Shown here: one piece after another, positions 27,470 to 36,169 of the stretch
Position numbering within the stretch: the first letter of the stretch is position 1
Layout: the number at the start of each line of letters is the position of its first letter
Translations under genes and position numbers: made by a program
Assembly: GCA_017470525.1 (NCBI GenBank)
Contig: JAFUYM010000026.1
Location: forward strand, 33,419 to 97,418
Origin: Bacteroidaceae bacterium
GTDB lineage: Bacteria; Bacteroidota; Bacteroidia; Bacteroidales; Bacteroidaceae
Direction of reading: 5' to 3'
DNA length: 64,000 nucleotides
Notes under the pieces: model-generated
What the model saw: only the letters and a program-made list of their open reading frames with translations
Told to the model about the DNA's origin: nothing
Databases searched by the model: none

Positions 27470-28255
27470 TTAAAGTGTACCGTTTTGCAGGTATTGCAAT
27501 AAAGTCTGTAGATTGGCATCTTTCAGCACCACTCGCTTCTGCTTGTCGAGCAAATAGAGAGTAGGGGTGAAAGGCACATAATACTCTGTTTTCAAATCTT
27601 CTTTCTTCATGCGCACCACGTTCAACAGAGGGTTCTGCATGATGAGTGGCTCCTGCTTCATTTGTGCCTCCAAGCGTTGGCAACGTCGGCAATCAGGGTC
27701 GTAAAAAATGAGCAACGTCTGTTCTCCCTCCATGCGATGAAGGTGTTTCCGCTTTCCATTGAGGTCAGTCACCATGATGTCAGTCGCCACCATGCCCACT
27801 TGATTCTTTGCCAATTGCTGCAAGAGCCATTCCCGCTGAGGAGTCTGTGGCAACGCGCGAAGCAGATGGGCATACACCACATCATTATGTAAGGGAGATT
27901 CGGGGTCAACCAAATAGCGTTCCATCTGTTCCGTAAAGAACGAAACACTCCCTGGATGCTTTGCCAAAGAGTCGGCAAAAACCATCGCCCCACGTGCAGC
28001 AGAAAGCGAGTCAGCATGCTGCATGAGATTCATGAAATCCACCATGCCCTGCTCTCCCACCTGACGATTCGTCGCCGTGCTGTCAGCAAACACATAATGC
28101 TGCCAAAAATGCTCCAGCATGTAACGGAGCCGCGCCTCAGGCTCCTCCATCTCATCGGGAATGTCAGGATAGGGAAAGGCTGCCTCCTGTGCCCTCACAG
28201 AGAGGACACAGCAAAGCAGCCCAATCATCATATAAATCTTACGTGCCATGTGCAT
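27470..28255 (-). CDS. Secreted DUF5106-like / thioredoxin-fold protein with CxxC motif
   Basis: 261 aa. The signal peptide ends VRA|QEA. The C-terminal TlpA-like fold has LLIFYDPDCRRCQ (CxxC encoded at 27680-27691). Its ATG overlaps the stop of the 2601-aa gene (TAATG). Confidence 0.7.
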   Translation of the reverse strand: MHMARKIYMMIGLLCCVLSVRAQEAAFPYPDIPDEMEEPEARLRYMLEHFWQHYVFADSTATNRQVGEQGMVDFMNLMQHADSLSAARGAMVFADSLAKHPGSVSFFTEQMERYLVDPESPLHNDVVYAHLLRALPQTPQREWLLQQLAKNQVGMVATDIMVTDLNGKRKHLHRMEGEQTLLIFYDPDCRRCQRLEAQMKQEPLIMQNPLLNVVRMKKEDLKTEYYVPFTPTLYLLDKQKRVVLKDANLQTLLQYLQNGTL

Positions 28256-31200
28256 TATGGCTCAGAAGTTGAGTCGGTGTTGGAGTCAGAATCAGAATTT
28301 GTCCCCGATGTGGTAGTAGCCTCCTTGCCGATGGTCACATGCGTATCGCCCGTCACCTCTGCATTGTTGCCGCCACCAAACACATTACCCCTAATGTCAG
28401 CACCTTCCACCGTATGGGTGCGTTCTGTATCTGTAGTATCTTCTTCCACTTCCACCTCTTCCTCTTCATTCTCACCATTCACTTTCTTTTTCACAGTCTT
28501 CTTGGCAGGTGTCATAAACACTTCACTCTCTGTCGTGCCAATGTTCACATACGTATCGCCATCCACTTTTGCCGCATTGCCACCACCAAACACTTTGTTG
28601 ATGGCACCAATCTTGTCAGCATCATGAGCAGGCAGAAAGACTGGGACTTTTTGGTTTTGAATGACGCGATTGCCGTCATCGTCATATTCAAAATCACCAT
28701 CCTCTGTGCGGACATATTCCTTAAATTCAATCTCCTTATGACCGATATGGTTTGCGATTGTAGTGCCATCTGTGTATGTATAGGAACCGTCTTTGTAATC
28801 ACCCTCACACACATTGATGTTCACATGTGTATCGCCCGTCACCACGGCAGTCTTACCATAACCACCGCCATACACCTCACCGATGCTGGTGAAAGAACGT
28901 ACATTGAGTGTAGGGCCATCTTTCCTTTCTGTCTTGGAACCATCTTTGAAAGGTGCCGTATAAGGAGCCTGATTGCCGCCACCATAAAGTTGTCCGATGA
29001 TGATAGGCTTACATCCCGTTTCCTCAATGTTCACCGTGATGGTGCCTTTGATGTCTCCTTTTACATTGTTGCCACCAAACACACGGTCGAACGTGCCGTT
29101 AGTGATGGTCAGATTCACATCGCCCTCTATTTGGGCATCCTCTGCACCACCGTATGCTACAGTCAAGCCCGGAATGCATGCCATCTCCAATCTTGATTCA
29201 GCATCCATCGACGCACTCTTGCCGCCTCCGTAAGCCTCATCCACATCGAAATCACAGCCACTCTCATCCTCCAGCATCGTCACAGCAGAAATACGCACAT
29301 TACCCTTCGTATTGGAACCGCCGTACACACGGTGTATCTTACCACCACGAATCTTCACGCGAGCCTCACCTGTGCCGTAAGTATATTTGTTGATAAATTC
29401 ATCTGTTTGTCTATCTGCCTTAGTAGGATACGTATCTTCTACGTCAAAGTAGTTCTTGAAACCTACATTAGCACCAGGGTTATCTGAACCATCAGGCAGT
29501 TTGTCCTTACCATTGCCACCGCCAAACACCTCGTCTATCTCATACGTTTCATCAATCTCCACCTGTGTGGCAGGAGTGGAAGCCGCATTGCCACCGCCAT
29601 ACACCTGTTGGATGCTGGTATATCCACAACCCTCGATGATGACTCTTGTGGAACCGTTTTCCAAATCTGTCGGTTCGTATGCCGCCATGTTGCCACCACC
29701 ATAAACGGCATGTAGGTCGTAGCGTCCAGGCACCTTAGCATTCGTCACAGCCGCTTTCCCTTCAGAAGCCGCAGCATTGGCAATTTGAGAAGCATCCTTG
29801 TTTTGTGTCTTATGAATATGTACGGTGACAGTACCCAGTGGCGATGTGTTCATGTTGTTACAACCGAAAATGTCGCCCAGCACCACACAACCCTTGTCTG
29901 TGTCCGCCACATTTTCGTTCAGGTCAACAGTGACGTTGCGAGAAATGCCCAAAGAGTTAGCCGTGTGATAGGTGTCATCGGTCGTGCCCATACCACCACC
30001 GAAGACGTTCTGATGGATGGTGCCACCCTTCAGAGCCACCGTGATGTTGCCGTGGTTTTCAGGATTGTCGGTGTGCAACTTACCATAGTTTGCTGCATTA
30101 GGATCAGTGAAGTAAGTACCCACCGAGGCAAGTTGCCCGCCGCCATAGACGGAACCTTTAATAGAACCATCCAAAATGGTAAGATTAATATTGCCACTCA
30201 CGACTCCAGCAGTCAGTGCGGTAGAGGAACCTTTACCACCACCAAACACATTCCCGTCGTAGCCAGAAGCACCGTCACAACCGATAACAGGCGCTGACTT
30301 TCCTTCACCTGTTTCTTTACTGATGGTCGTCATGGCATTATCCAATACGTGACCGTCCTCACCACTACCATAAACAGAGCCGTAGATGATGCCGCCAGTA
30401 ATCTCAATATCCACGCTTCCCACGTTGGTCATCGTATTGAAATAGGTACGCGGGTCGCCCTTTCCTGCACCAAAGAGGTTGCCAGTCATTGGATTTTCCT
30501 TAATCTGTTCCAAGGTACGCGGTACGCCGATTGTACCGCCAGACATTTTCACCGTACTTTTACCCTTAACGTCGGTATATTCATTAGCACCATAGACATT
30601 GGTCAAGATATGACCACCCTTGATTTCTACCAAGGTATTGCCCTCCACCCATCCTGCCGAACGAACCCATCCGTAGCCTGTACCATCACTCTTCTCGTAG
30701 GGGTAGTAGCCAGAGCCACCGCCGAACACACAGCCAATCCATGTTTTACCGTCAGAAGGATGCGAAGTGCTACCAGGGGAGAAGTCTTCGGGAATGTTAT
30801 CCTTGTATTTTCCTGTTACATAATATTTATCGTAGTATGGGTCGAAAGTTTCATATACCCATTCGGGGGACTCTGTAGTGCCAATATTCCTTCCGTAAGG
30901 GAAGTGAGAGCACTCGACCAGAGCATTCGAATCGGTGACAGGCGTTGTGAGAGGATTGATGAACTGTTCATCTTCATAGCGCTTGGGTTTGAGCACATCA
31001 TTCACGGTTTCTGTCTGGTTTTTTCCCACACCAATCTGACAGTCATCCTGAATCGTTACGTGCGTATTGCCAAGCACACGTCCGAACTCACCACCACCTA
31101 TGATGGACTCCAGAATGAAGGCATCACCGCCGACGGTCACATCGGTTTCATTAACGTAAGCAGTGAAGTGCGTATCTGGGTTATCCTCTGGGTCCTCGAT

Positions 31201-34200
31201 TAAACCTCTTCCTCCACCCCATATCCAGCCTTCCCTGACAGGACCACTTTCTCTTGTCATACCCTCTGTTGCCACCTCTATGGGACCAATCTGACCGCCA
31301 GTAACAACAATCGTACATTTGCCAGTGTTTTCTGCACATGACACAGGCTTGCCAATACAGTCGTCATGAGGAGTATGACCAAAGATTGTTACATCTGTTG
31401 CTGCCGTTGACCTTGTAAATGTTCCTACCGAACCGGAAAGTCCACCACCAAAGATACCGTTAAAGACATAACCGTCCTCCATCGCCACATAGGTATTGCC
31501 CATCACATCAGCCTCGTTGCCGCCACCATAGACACTGCCATTGATGGTACCAGCCAAGATAATGATGGTGTCATTGTCAAGCGACTTACTTTCATTACCA
31601 CCACCAAACACGTTTTCTTCTATTGTGCCACCGTCGATGGTGAGTTTAATGGCACCTGTCACGTTGCCCAAGGATGCCATCGTCTCTGTAGTTAATCCTG
31701 TCGAGAGGGTTTTGTTGGTAGGGTTATTGTCACCGAGTGTACCACCTGCCTGCCAGTTCCATGTTTCAGGGTCAACGGTTCCAAATTCGGTGAACAGAGC
31801 CATATCTGTCTTGTATATAGAGTATGTGGGTTGTGTGTCGGTATAGACTTTGATTTCGTTCGACTCAGCCTTGAAGCCACCACCGAAGGCACTGCCTTCT
31901 ACTGTACAGCCTGTTAATGTGGAGGTGACCGTACCATTCACCTTACCTTGACAACCAGCACCGTAGAAGTCTTTCAAAATGGTACAGCCATCCAGCACAT
32001 TAGTGACATTGCCAGTTGTGGCTAACGAGAACTGTGCATAGCCAGTATAGAAACGAGCCACAGCCTGGTAACCGTTGGAGTGGTAGATGTATTCCATTTT
32101 ATAGCAGGTGCCGATGCCATAGTTTTCCTTATTCGTCAACCGTTTGTAGTTGGTGAATGCTAATGGATAAATAATATCGTTATTAGTTGCAACAGTGTTA
32201 TTTTGGTCTTCACGGTTGTATGTAATAGACGTTCCTCCGAAGCCTGCTCCATAGTATTCACCAAAGGTGGTATTGATGGCATGGGTAGTGACGGTCTTGC
32301 CGTCGTTCATATCACCGAATTCGGGACCACCACAATAGAAATCGACCTTGCTGTTGTTGATGGTGATATCAATATCTCCCGTAATGGGGGCTGCAGCCGA
32401 GGTGCCGCCGCCAAAGAAGCGGCCGATAAGTGCATGGTCTATCTTGGCAGTCATATTGACACTTCCATCACTGGTTGACGTCTGTTTGGGCTTTTCCATA
32501 TATGCACCAAGGAATTTGCCAATCTTACCCCCTGCACACCAGAAACGGATGTCGCTACCCACTGCTGGACAATTGTATGTGTTATAGCCCGTCATAAAAC
32601 ATTCCTTCACCTCTCCGCCTACGACATTTATTGGAACGATGGTGGTGGTTCGTGCCGCATTGTCTCCAGTACCACTTCCCTGGTCAGAGTGTGCCCCAGG
32701 ATAAAGTTCCCCGACGTAAGCATTTCCACCTATTTTCAGATAACTGAGTTTGCTGCAATTAGTTCCCTTTGAACGGACAATCTGAACGAAATAACCACTA
32801 TTGATAACAACAGGATTGTTGCCTTTGCCATTATTGGTAGTAGTGTAATTACCAGAATCTATCTCCCACTGACTGGAGTAGAATACGCAGGTCTCAGTGA
32901 GTTCGAACCACCCACGGGTTTTCCACAGCGGTACACTGGGGTAGCCGCGACTACTTGTTAAGTGTGCTGCCATACCGACGGGCACGACAGGCACGAAATC
33001 GAAACGCACGGGAGGGATGCCTGGACGGCTGCTGCCATTGTGACTATAGAAACCATAGTCAGGTTCTTGGTTGTTGTCGGCATCAATGCTCATCAGCGTG
33101 AATGCCTTGGTATAAGCATCTATTGGACCATCGTTGAAGTGATAGTTGCCAACGAGCACGATGGCTTGGTCGTGGGGGGATGTAGTTGCGGTCATGGGAG
33201 AATCAGCACTCGTCAGCAGGGTCTTCAGATTGGTATAGACGGTCTGACCATGATAGGAACTTGGAACGGAGCCACCCAACTGTACAGGATTGGTGTATTG
33301 ATTTGAAGCGTACTGCAAGCCTATCTCATAACTGGGGTCGCTCAGATAATAAGCCTTAGCGAAGTTTGCCTCGATATTAATGGCAGTCACTCCATTGGGT
33401 ACAATATAATTGCCGCCTTGGGCAAAGATGTAACCAGTTGTGCTGTAAAGGTCTTTGGATGTGCAGTCACGGTCGGCAAAGTTATAATTGGTCAGTGAGC
33501 CTGCTGTACCACCACTGACAGAGATAATTTTCCACCCTGTGCATATCTTCGTATAGTCGGTGTTCACCTCAAACTCATTGGCGAAGGGCAGCACCACTTT
33601 GCCGTAAGTATAGTCATAATGCAAGGTGTCCATATCGGTAATGGGTAACTTTGCGCTGTATTTGCGACCGTTGATGGTGATGTTGGCTGTCAAGTAGCCA
33701 TTTGTACCACGGTCAGTGAGCACTTTACCCCCATAATCCCTTGTAGCAGTCGTAGTTGTGACCGTCGGTAAGTTGTCCTTCAGGTCAACAGTAATGCGCT
33801 TGGTATTGCTCTCCCATTCCTCTATCACAGGGTAGGGAGGAGTATCATCGCCTTGCTTCAGTACCCAGTGTCCAATTTCATCAATTTGAGTCGTTGTAAT
33901 TGCACTCACATAGTCGGTGCTCTCTTTGGCGGTGTTGGGTGCAAACAGAAAATAGGCAGCCAACTCGCGGTGGGTGTTCAATATATGACGATAGAAGGGG
34001 AAGCGCGTCAGATGCCATTCGTCAGAGATGGCAAGTTGGTCATTATAGTTACCTGAAGTGTAAGATAGGTCTTGAAGAACGATTTCTTCTTTTCCTTTCT
34101 CCTCATTAAAAACTCTTTTACTGTATAGCCAATAGTTATATTCCGTGAAGTTCTGTACGTTGCTGGTGTGGTTGCCTGTATAGACGGGTGAAATGGTCTT

Positions 34201-36060
34201 TGCTCCAGTGACATTGCCGTACATCATGCACATCGCAATACGAACATCACCCACTGTGCCCTCATTTTTACCTACGATACCAGCAGCATTGCTATTGCTC
34301 GTACCACTCACATTGGCATAGTTGTAGCAGTTGACCACACGCACCTTCGAGCCACTGCTGATGAGACCCACCAATCCACCGACATTGGTCTTACCGCTCA
34401 CCTTACCTGAAAGCACACCGCAATTGTATATTTTTGCTTCACCCTTGGCTTCATTGCAGATGGCTCCTGCATTGCCATTCGTGCTGATGTCAACACCTGA
34501 AAGCATCACGTTCTTTACCGTGCCACCATCGATAGTGCCGAACAGTGGTTTGGTGAGACCGCTAATGGTATAGTAGGAGCCATCGAGTGAGCCCATGAAG
34601 GTGACGTTACTTCCATCATACCCTTTAGCATCAATGTCGTTGGCAAGGATGAGGTCACCGTTCAAATTGTTGAGCACCTCACTGAGTGTACTGACAAAGA
34701 TTCCCCGACTGGCTTCCTTTTCAGCCACGCAAGAAGCACTGTAGCCCTCTTGTTTGGCGATTGCCATGATAGTAACTGTTCCCGTACCATTGCTGAGCGT
34801 AATAGGTCCATTATACAATGTCCCTGTAGTCTCTGAAGGTATTGTAGTTCCATCAGTCGTGTAACGGATAGTCCCTTCGCCGCTGATGGTGACAGTCTTG
34901 CCTTTCACACTGATGATGGGCATTGCCGTGGCTGGTTCATACGAGTATTCAGCCACAGAGGATGAACGTTCCAAATTAGCAATTGCTTTGATGGTACACC
35001 TCTCATCGTGTCTGAAGGGGCCTGTGTAGAGTGTGCCATTACTCAGTGTAGGTTTGCTGCCGTCGGTGGTGTAATAGATGGTATTGCCAGAAGCCGCTGT
35101 TATCGTGACGATGTTCGAGCAGTCACTTGATGAAGTGATGGTTGGCGGGTCGGGCGTACCCACAATCTGGTCTGCCACCTCCGACAACACCACACCATAA
35201 CGGGCAATCACAGCCTTGATGTGGCAATTGCTGATAATATGCTGTGGTGTGGTACCATCCCATGTGGTCACACCTGTACCGCCTACTGTGGGGTCATTGC
35301 CATTGGTCGTAAAGAGGAATGAGTAGCCATCAGGCAGAATGCTGTTAGGATAACTGAAGGTATAGGTTTCTGTCTCATCATTGATATGGATGGTGGGGGC
35401 AGGAAGTTTGGCTGTCTCAAGTTTCCAATTTCCGTCAGTATATAGACCCACCATACCTGAATGAAGATAAGTATCTGTACCATAATAACGGTTTTGATTG
35501 CCTCCAGCAGGATTGAAAAATCTGTTTCCCTTGTCCACATTTATCGGACGGAATGTATAATTGTCTGATCCTGCAATGTCAAATTTTGTGTTATTCCCAG
35601 GACTATCTAAAGACAAAAGGTGGATAGATTTTCGATTGGTTGCACTTTGGTAAGGAGGTTGATAAACAATATATTTACCCGTTGTGGCATGTATGATATT
35701 CCAATATCCGTCGGTGGATGGTGCTATAATCCACAATGAATTATTGTCTTTGTTTGTCTTATAGGTCGTCAAGAAAGGTTGCTCTGGATCGCCATAGTTG
35801 TCACCCGTATAGTCGCCATTTCCGCTTTGGTTGCAATATTGGTTATTGAAATATGCATCGGCAAAGTGGGACGTTTGTGGATCCTTGGCAGGTACAATAT
35901 AATAGTTTTTTGTAAAATCCATTGCATCATAGCCACTGCTCCACGCAATATGGTATATGCCACTCTGCCCCCATGCAAAATCCACAGTTACAGCCATCAT
36001 GACCAAAACAGCCATGAGTTTTCCTATGTAATATCTGCTTAAAAATCCTTGTTCTTTCAT
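28255..36060 (-). CDS. Giant secreted protein B (2601 aa): N-terminal globular modules, chitobiase/Fn3-associated-like repeats, GLUG module, C-terminal [YF]GGG beta-helix-like repeats; no T9SS CTD
   Basis: A single uninterrupted ORF. The signal peptide is ...VDFAWG|QSG. Modules include NTIYYTTDGSKPT and GTIRYTTDGTTIPS, and a GLUG-like segment NVGGLVGLISSGSKVRVVNCYNYANVSG. About 30 motifs such as NVFGGGNESK, SVYGGGNEAD, QVYGGGNAAS and KVFGGGNAAKVDGDTYVNIG follow. The protein ends in TTTSGTNSDSDSNTDSTSEP. Confidence 0.85.
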   Translation of the reverse strand: MKEQGFLSRYYIGKLMAVLVMMAVTVDFAWGQSGIYHIAWSSGYDAMDFTKNYYIVPAKDPQTSHFADAYFNNQYCNQSGNGDYTGDNYGDPEQPFLTTYKTNKDNNSLWIIAPSTDGYWNIIHATTGKYIVYQPPYQSATNRKSIHLLSLDSPGNNTKFDIAGSDNYTFRPINVDKGNRFFNPAGGNQNRYYGTDTYLHSGMVGLYTDGNWKLETAKLPAPTIHINDETETYTFSYPNSILPDGYSFLFTTNGNDPTVGGTGVTTWDGTTPQHIISNCHIKAVIARYGVVLSEVADQIVGTPDPPTITSSSDCSNIVTITAASGNTIYYTTDGSKPTLSNGTLYTGPFRHDERCTIKAIANLERSSSVAEYSYEPATAMPIISVKGKTVTISGEGTIRYTTDGTTIPSETTGTLYNGPITLSNGTGTVTIMAIAKQEGYSASCVAEKEASRGIFVSTLSEVLNNLNGDLILANDIDAKGYDGSNVTFMGSLDGSYYTISGLTKPLFGTIDGGTVKNVMLSGVDISTNGNAGAICNEAKGEAKIYNCGVLSGKVSGKTNVGGLVGLISSGSKVRVVNCYNYANVSGTSNSNAAGIVGKNEGTVGDVRIAMCMMYGNVTGAKTISPVYTGNHTSNVQNFTEYNYWLYSKRVFNEEKGKEEIVLQDLSYTSGNYNDQLAISDEWHLTRFPFYRHILNTHRELAAYFLFAPNTAKESTDYVSAITTTQIDEIGHWVLKQGDDTPPYPVIEEWESNTKRITVDLKDNLPTVTTTTATRDYGGKVLTDRGTNGYLTANITINGRKYSAKLPITDMDTLHYDYTYGKVVLPFANEFEVNTDYTKICTGWKIISVSGGTAGSLTNYNFADRDCTSKDLYSTTGYIFAQGGNYIVPNGVTAINIEANFAKAYYLSDPSYEIGLQYASNQYTNPVQLGGSVPSSYHGQTVYTNLKTLLTSADSPMTATTSPHDQAIVLVGNYHFNDGPIDAYTKAFTLMSIDADNNQEPDYGFYSHNGSSRPGIPPVRFDFVPVVPVGMAAHLTSSRGYPSVPLWKTRGWFELTETCVFYSSQWEIDSGNYTTTNNGKGNNPVVINSGYFVQIVRSKGTNCSKLSYLKIGGNAYVGELYPGAHSDQGSGTGDNAARTTTIVPINVVGGEVKECFMTGYNTYNCPAVGSDIRFWCAGGKIGKFLGAYMEKPKQTSTSDGSVNMTAKIDHALIGRFFGGGTSAAAPITGDIDITINNSKVDFYCGGPEFGDMNDGKTVTTHAINTTFGEYYGAGFGGTSITYNREDQNNTVATNNDIIYPLAFTNYKRLTNKENYGIGTCYKMEYIYHSNGYQAVARFYTGYAQFSLATTGNVTNVLDGCTILKDFYGAGCQGKVNGTVTSTLTGCTVEGSAFGGGFKAESNEIKVYTDTQPTYSIYKTDMALFTEFGTVDPETWNWQAGGTLGDNNPTNKTLSTGLTTETMASLGNVTGAIKLTIDGGTIEENVFGGGNESKSLDNDTIIILAGTINGSVYGGGNEADVMGNTYVAMEDGYVFNGIFGGGLSGSVGTFTRSTAATDVTIFGHTPHDDCIGKPVSCAENTGKCTIVVTGGQIGPIEVATEGMTRESGPVREGWIWGGGRGLIEDPEDNPDTHFTAYVNETDVTVGGDAFILESIIGGGEFGRVLGNTHVTIQDDCQIGVGKNQTETVNDVLKPKRYEDEQFINPLTTPVTDSNALVECSHFPYGRNIGTTESPEWVYETFDPYYDKYYVTGKYKDNIPEDFSPGSTSHPSDGKTWIGCVFGGGSGYYPYEKSDGTGYGWVRSAGWVEGNTLVEIKGGHILTNVYGANEYTDVKGKSTVKMSGGTIGVPRTLEQIKENPMTGNLFGAGKGDPRTYFNTMTNVGSVDIEITGGIIYGSVYGSGEDGHVLDNAMTTISKETGEGKSAPVIGCDGASGYDGNVFGGGKGSSTALTAGVVSGNINLTILDGSIKGSVYGGGQLASVGTYFTDPNAANYGKLHTDNPENHGNITVALKGGTIHQNVFGGGMGTTDDTYHTANSLGISRNVTVDLNENVADTDKGCVVLGDIFGCNNMNTSPLGTVTVHIHKTQNKDASQIANAAASEGKAAVTNAKVPGRYDLHAVYGGGNMAAYEPTDLENGSTRVIIEGCGYTSIQQVYGGGNAASTPATQVEIDETYEIDEVFGGGNGKDKLPDGSDNPGANVGFKNYFDVEDTYPTKADRQTDEFINKYTYGTGEARVKIRGGKIHRVYGGSNTKGNVRISAVTMLEDESGCDFDVDEAYGGGKSASMDAESRLEMACIPGLTVAYGGAEDAQIEGDVNLTITNGTFDRVFGGNNVKGDIKGTITVNIEETGCKPIIIGQLYGGGNQAPYTAPFKDGSKTERKDGPTLNVRSFTSIGEVYGGGYGKTAVVTGDTHVNINVCEGDYKDGSYTYTDGTTIANHIGHKEIEFKEYVRTEDGDFEYDDDGNRVIQNQKVPVFLPAHDADKIGAINKVFGGGNAAKVDGDTYVNIGTTESEVFMTPAKKTVKKKVNGENEEEEVEVEEDTTDTERTHTVEGADIRGNVFGGGNNAEVTGDTHVTIGKEATTTSGTNSDSDSNTDSTSEP

Positions 36061-36169
36061 CTTCTTTATCTTTAGCCCTTGTGGGCAATTTCTTTTCTTT
36101 TATACCTTTTTTCCTTCTTAGTACTTCCTCAGAAATGCTGAGTTAGCAATGCACTCGAACCGCAGGAGG

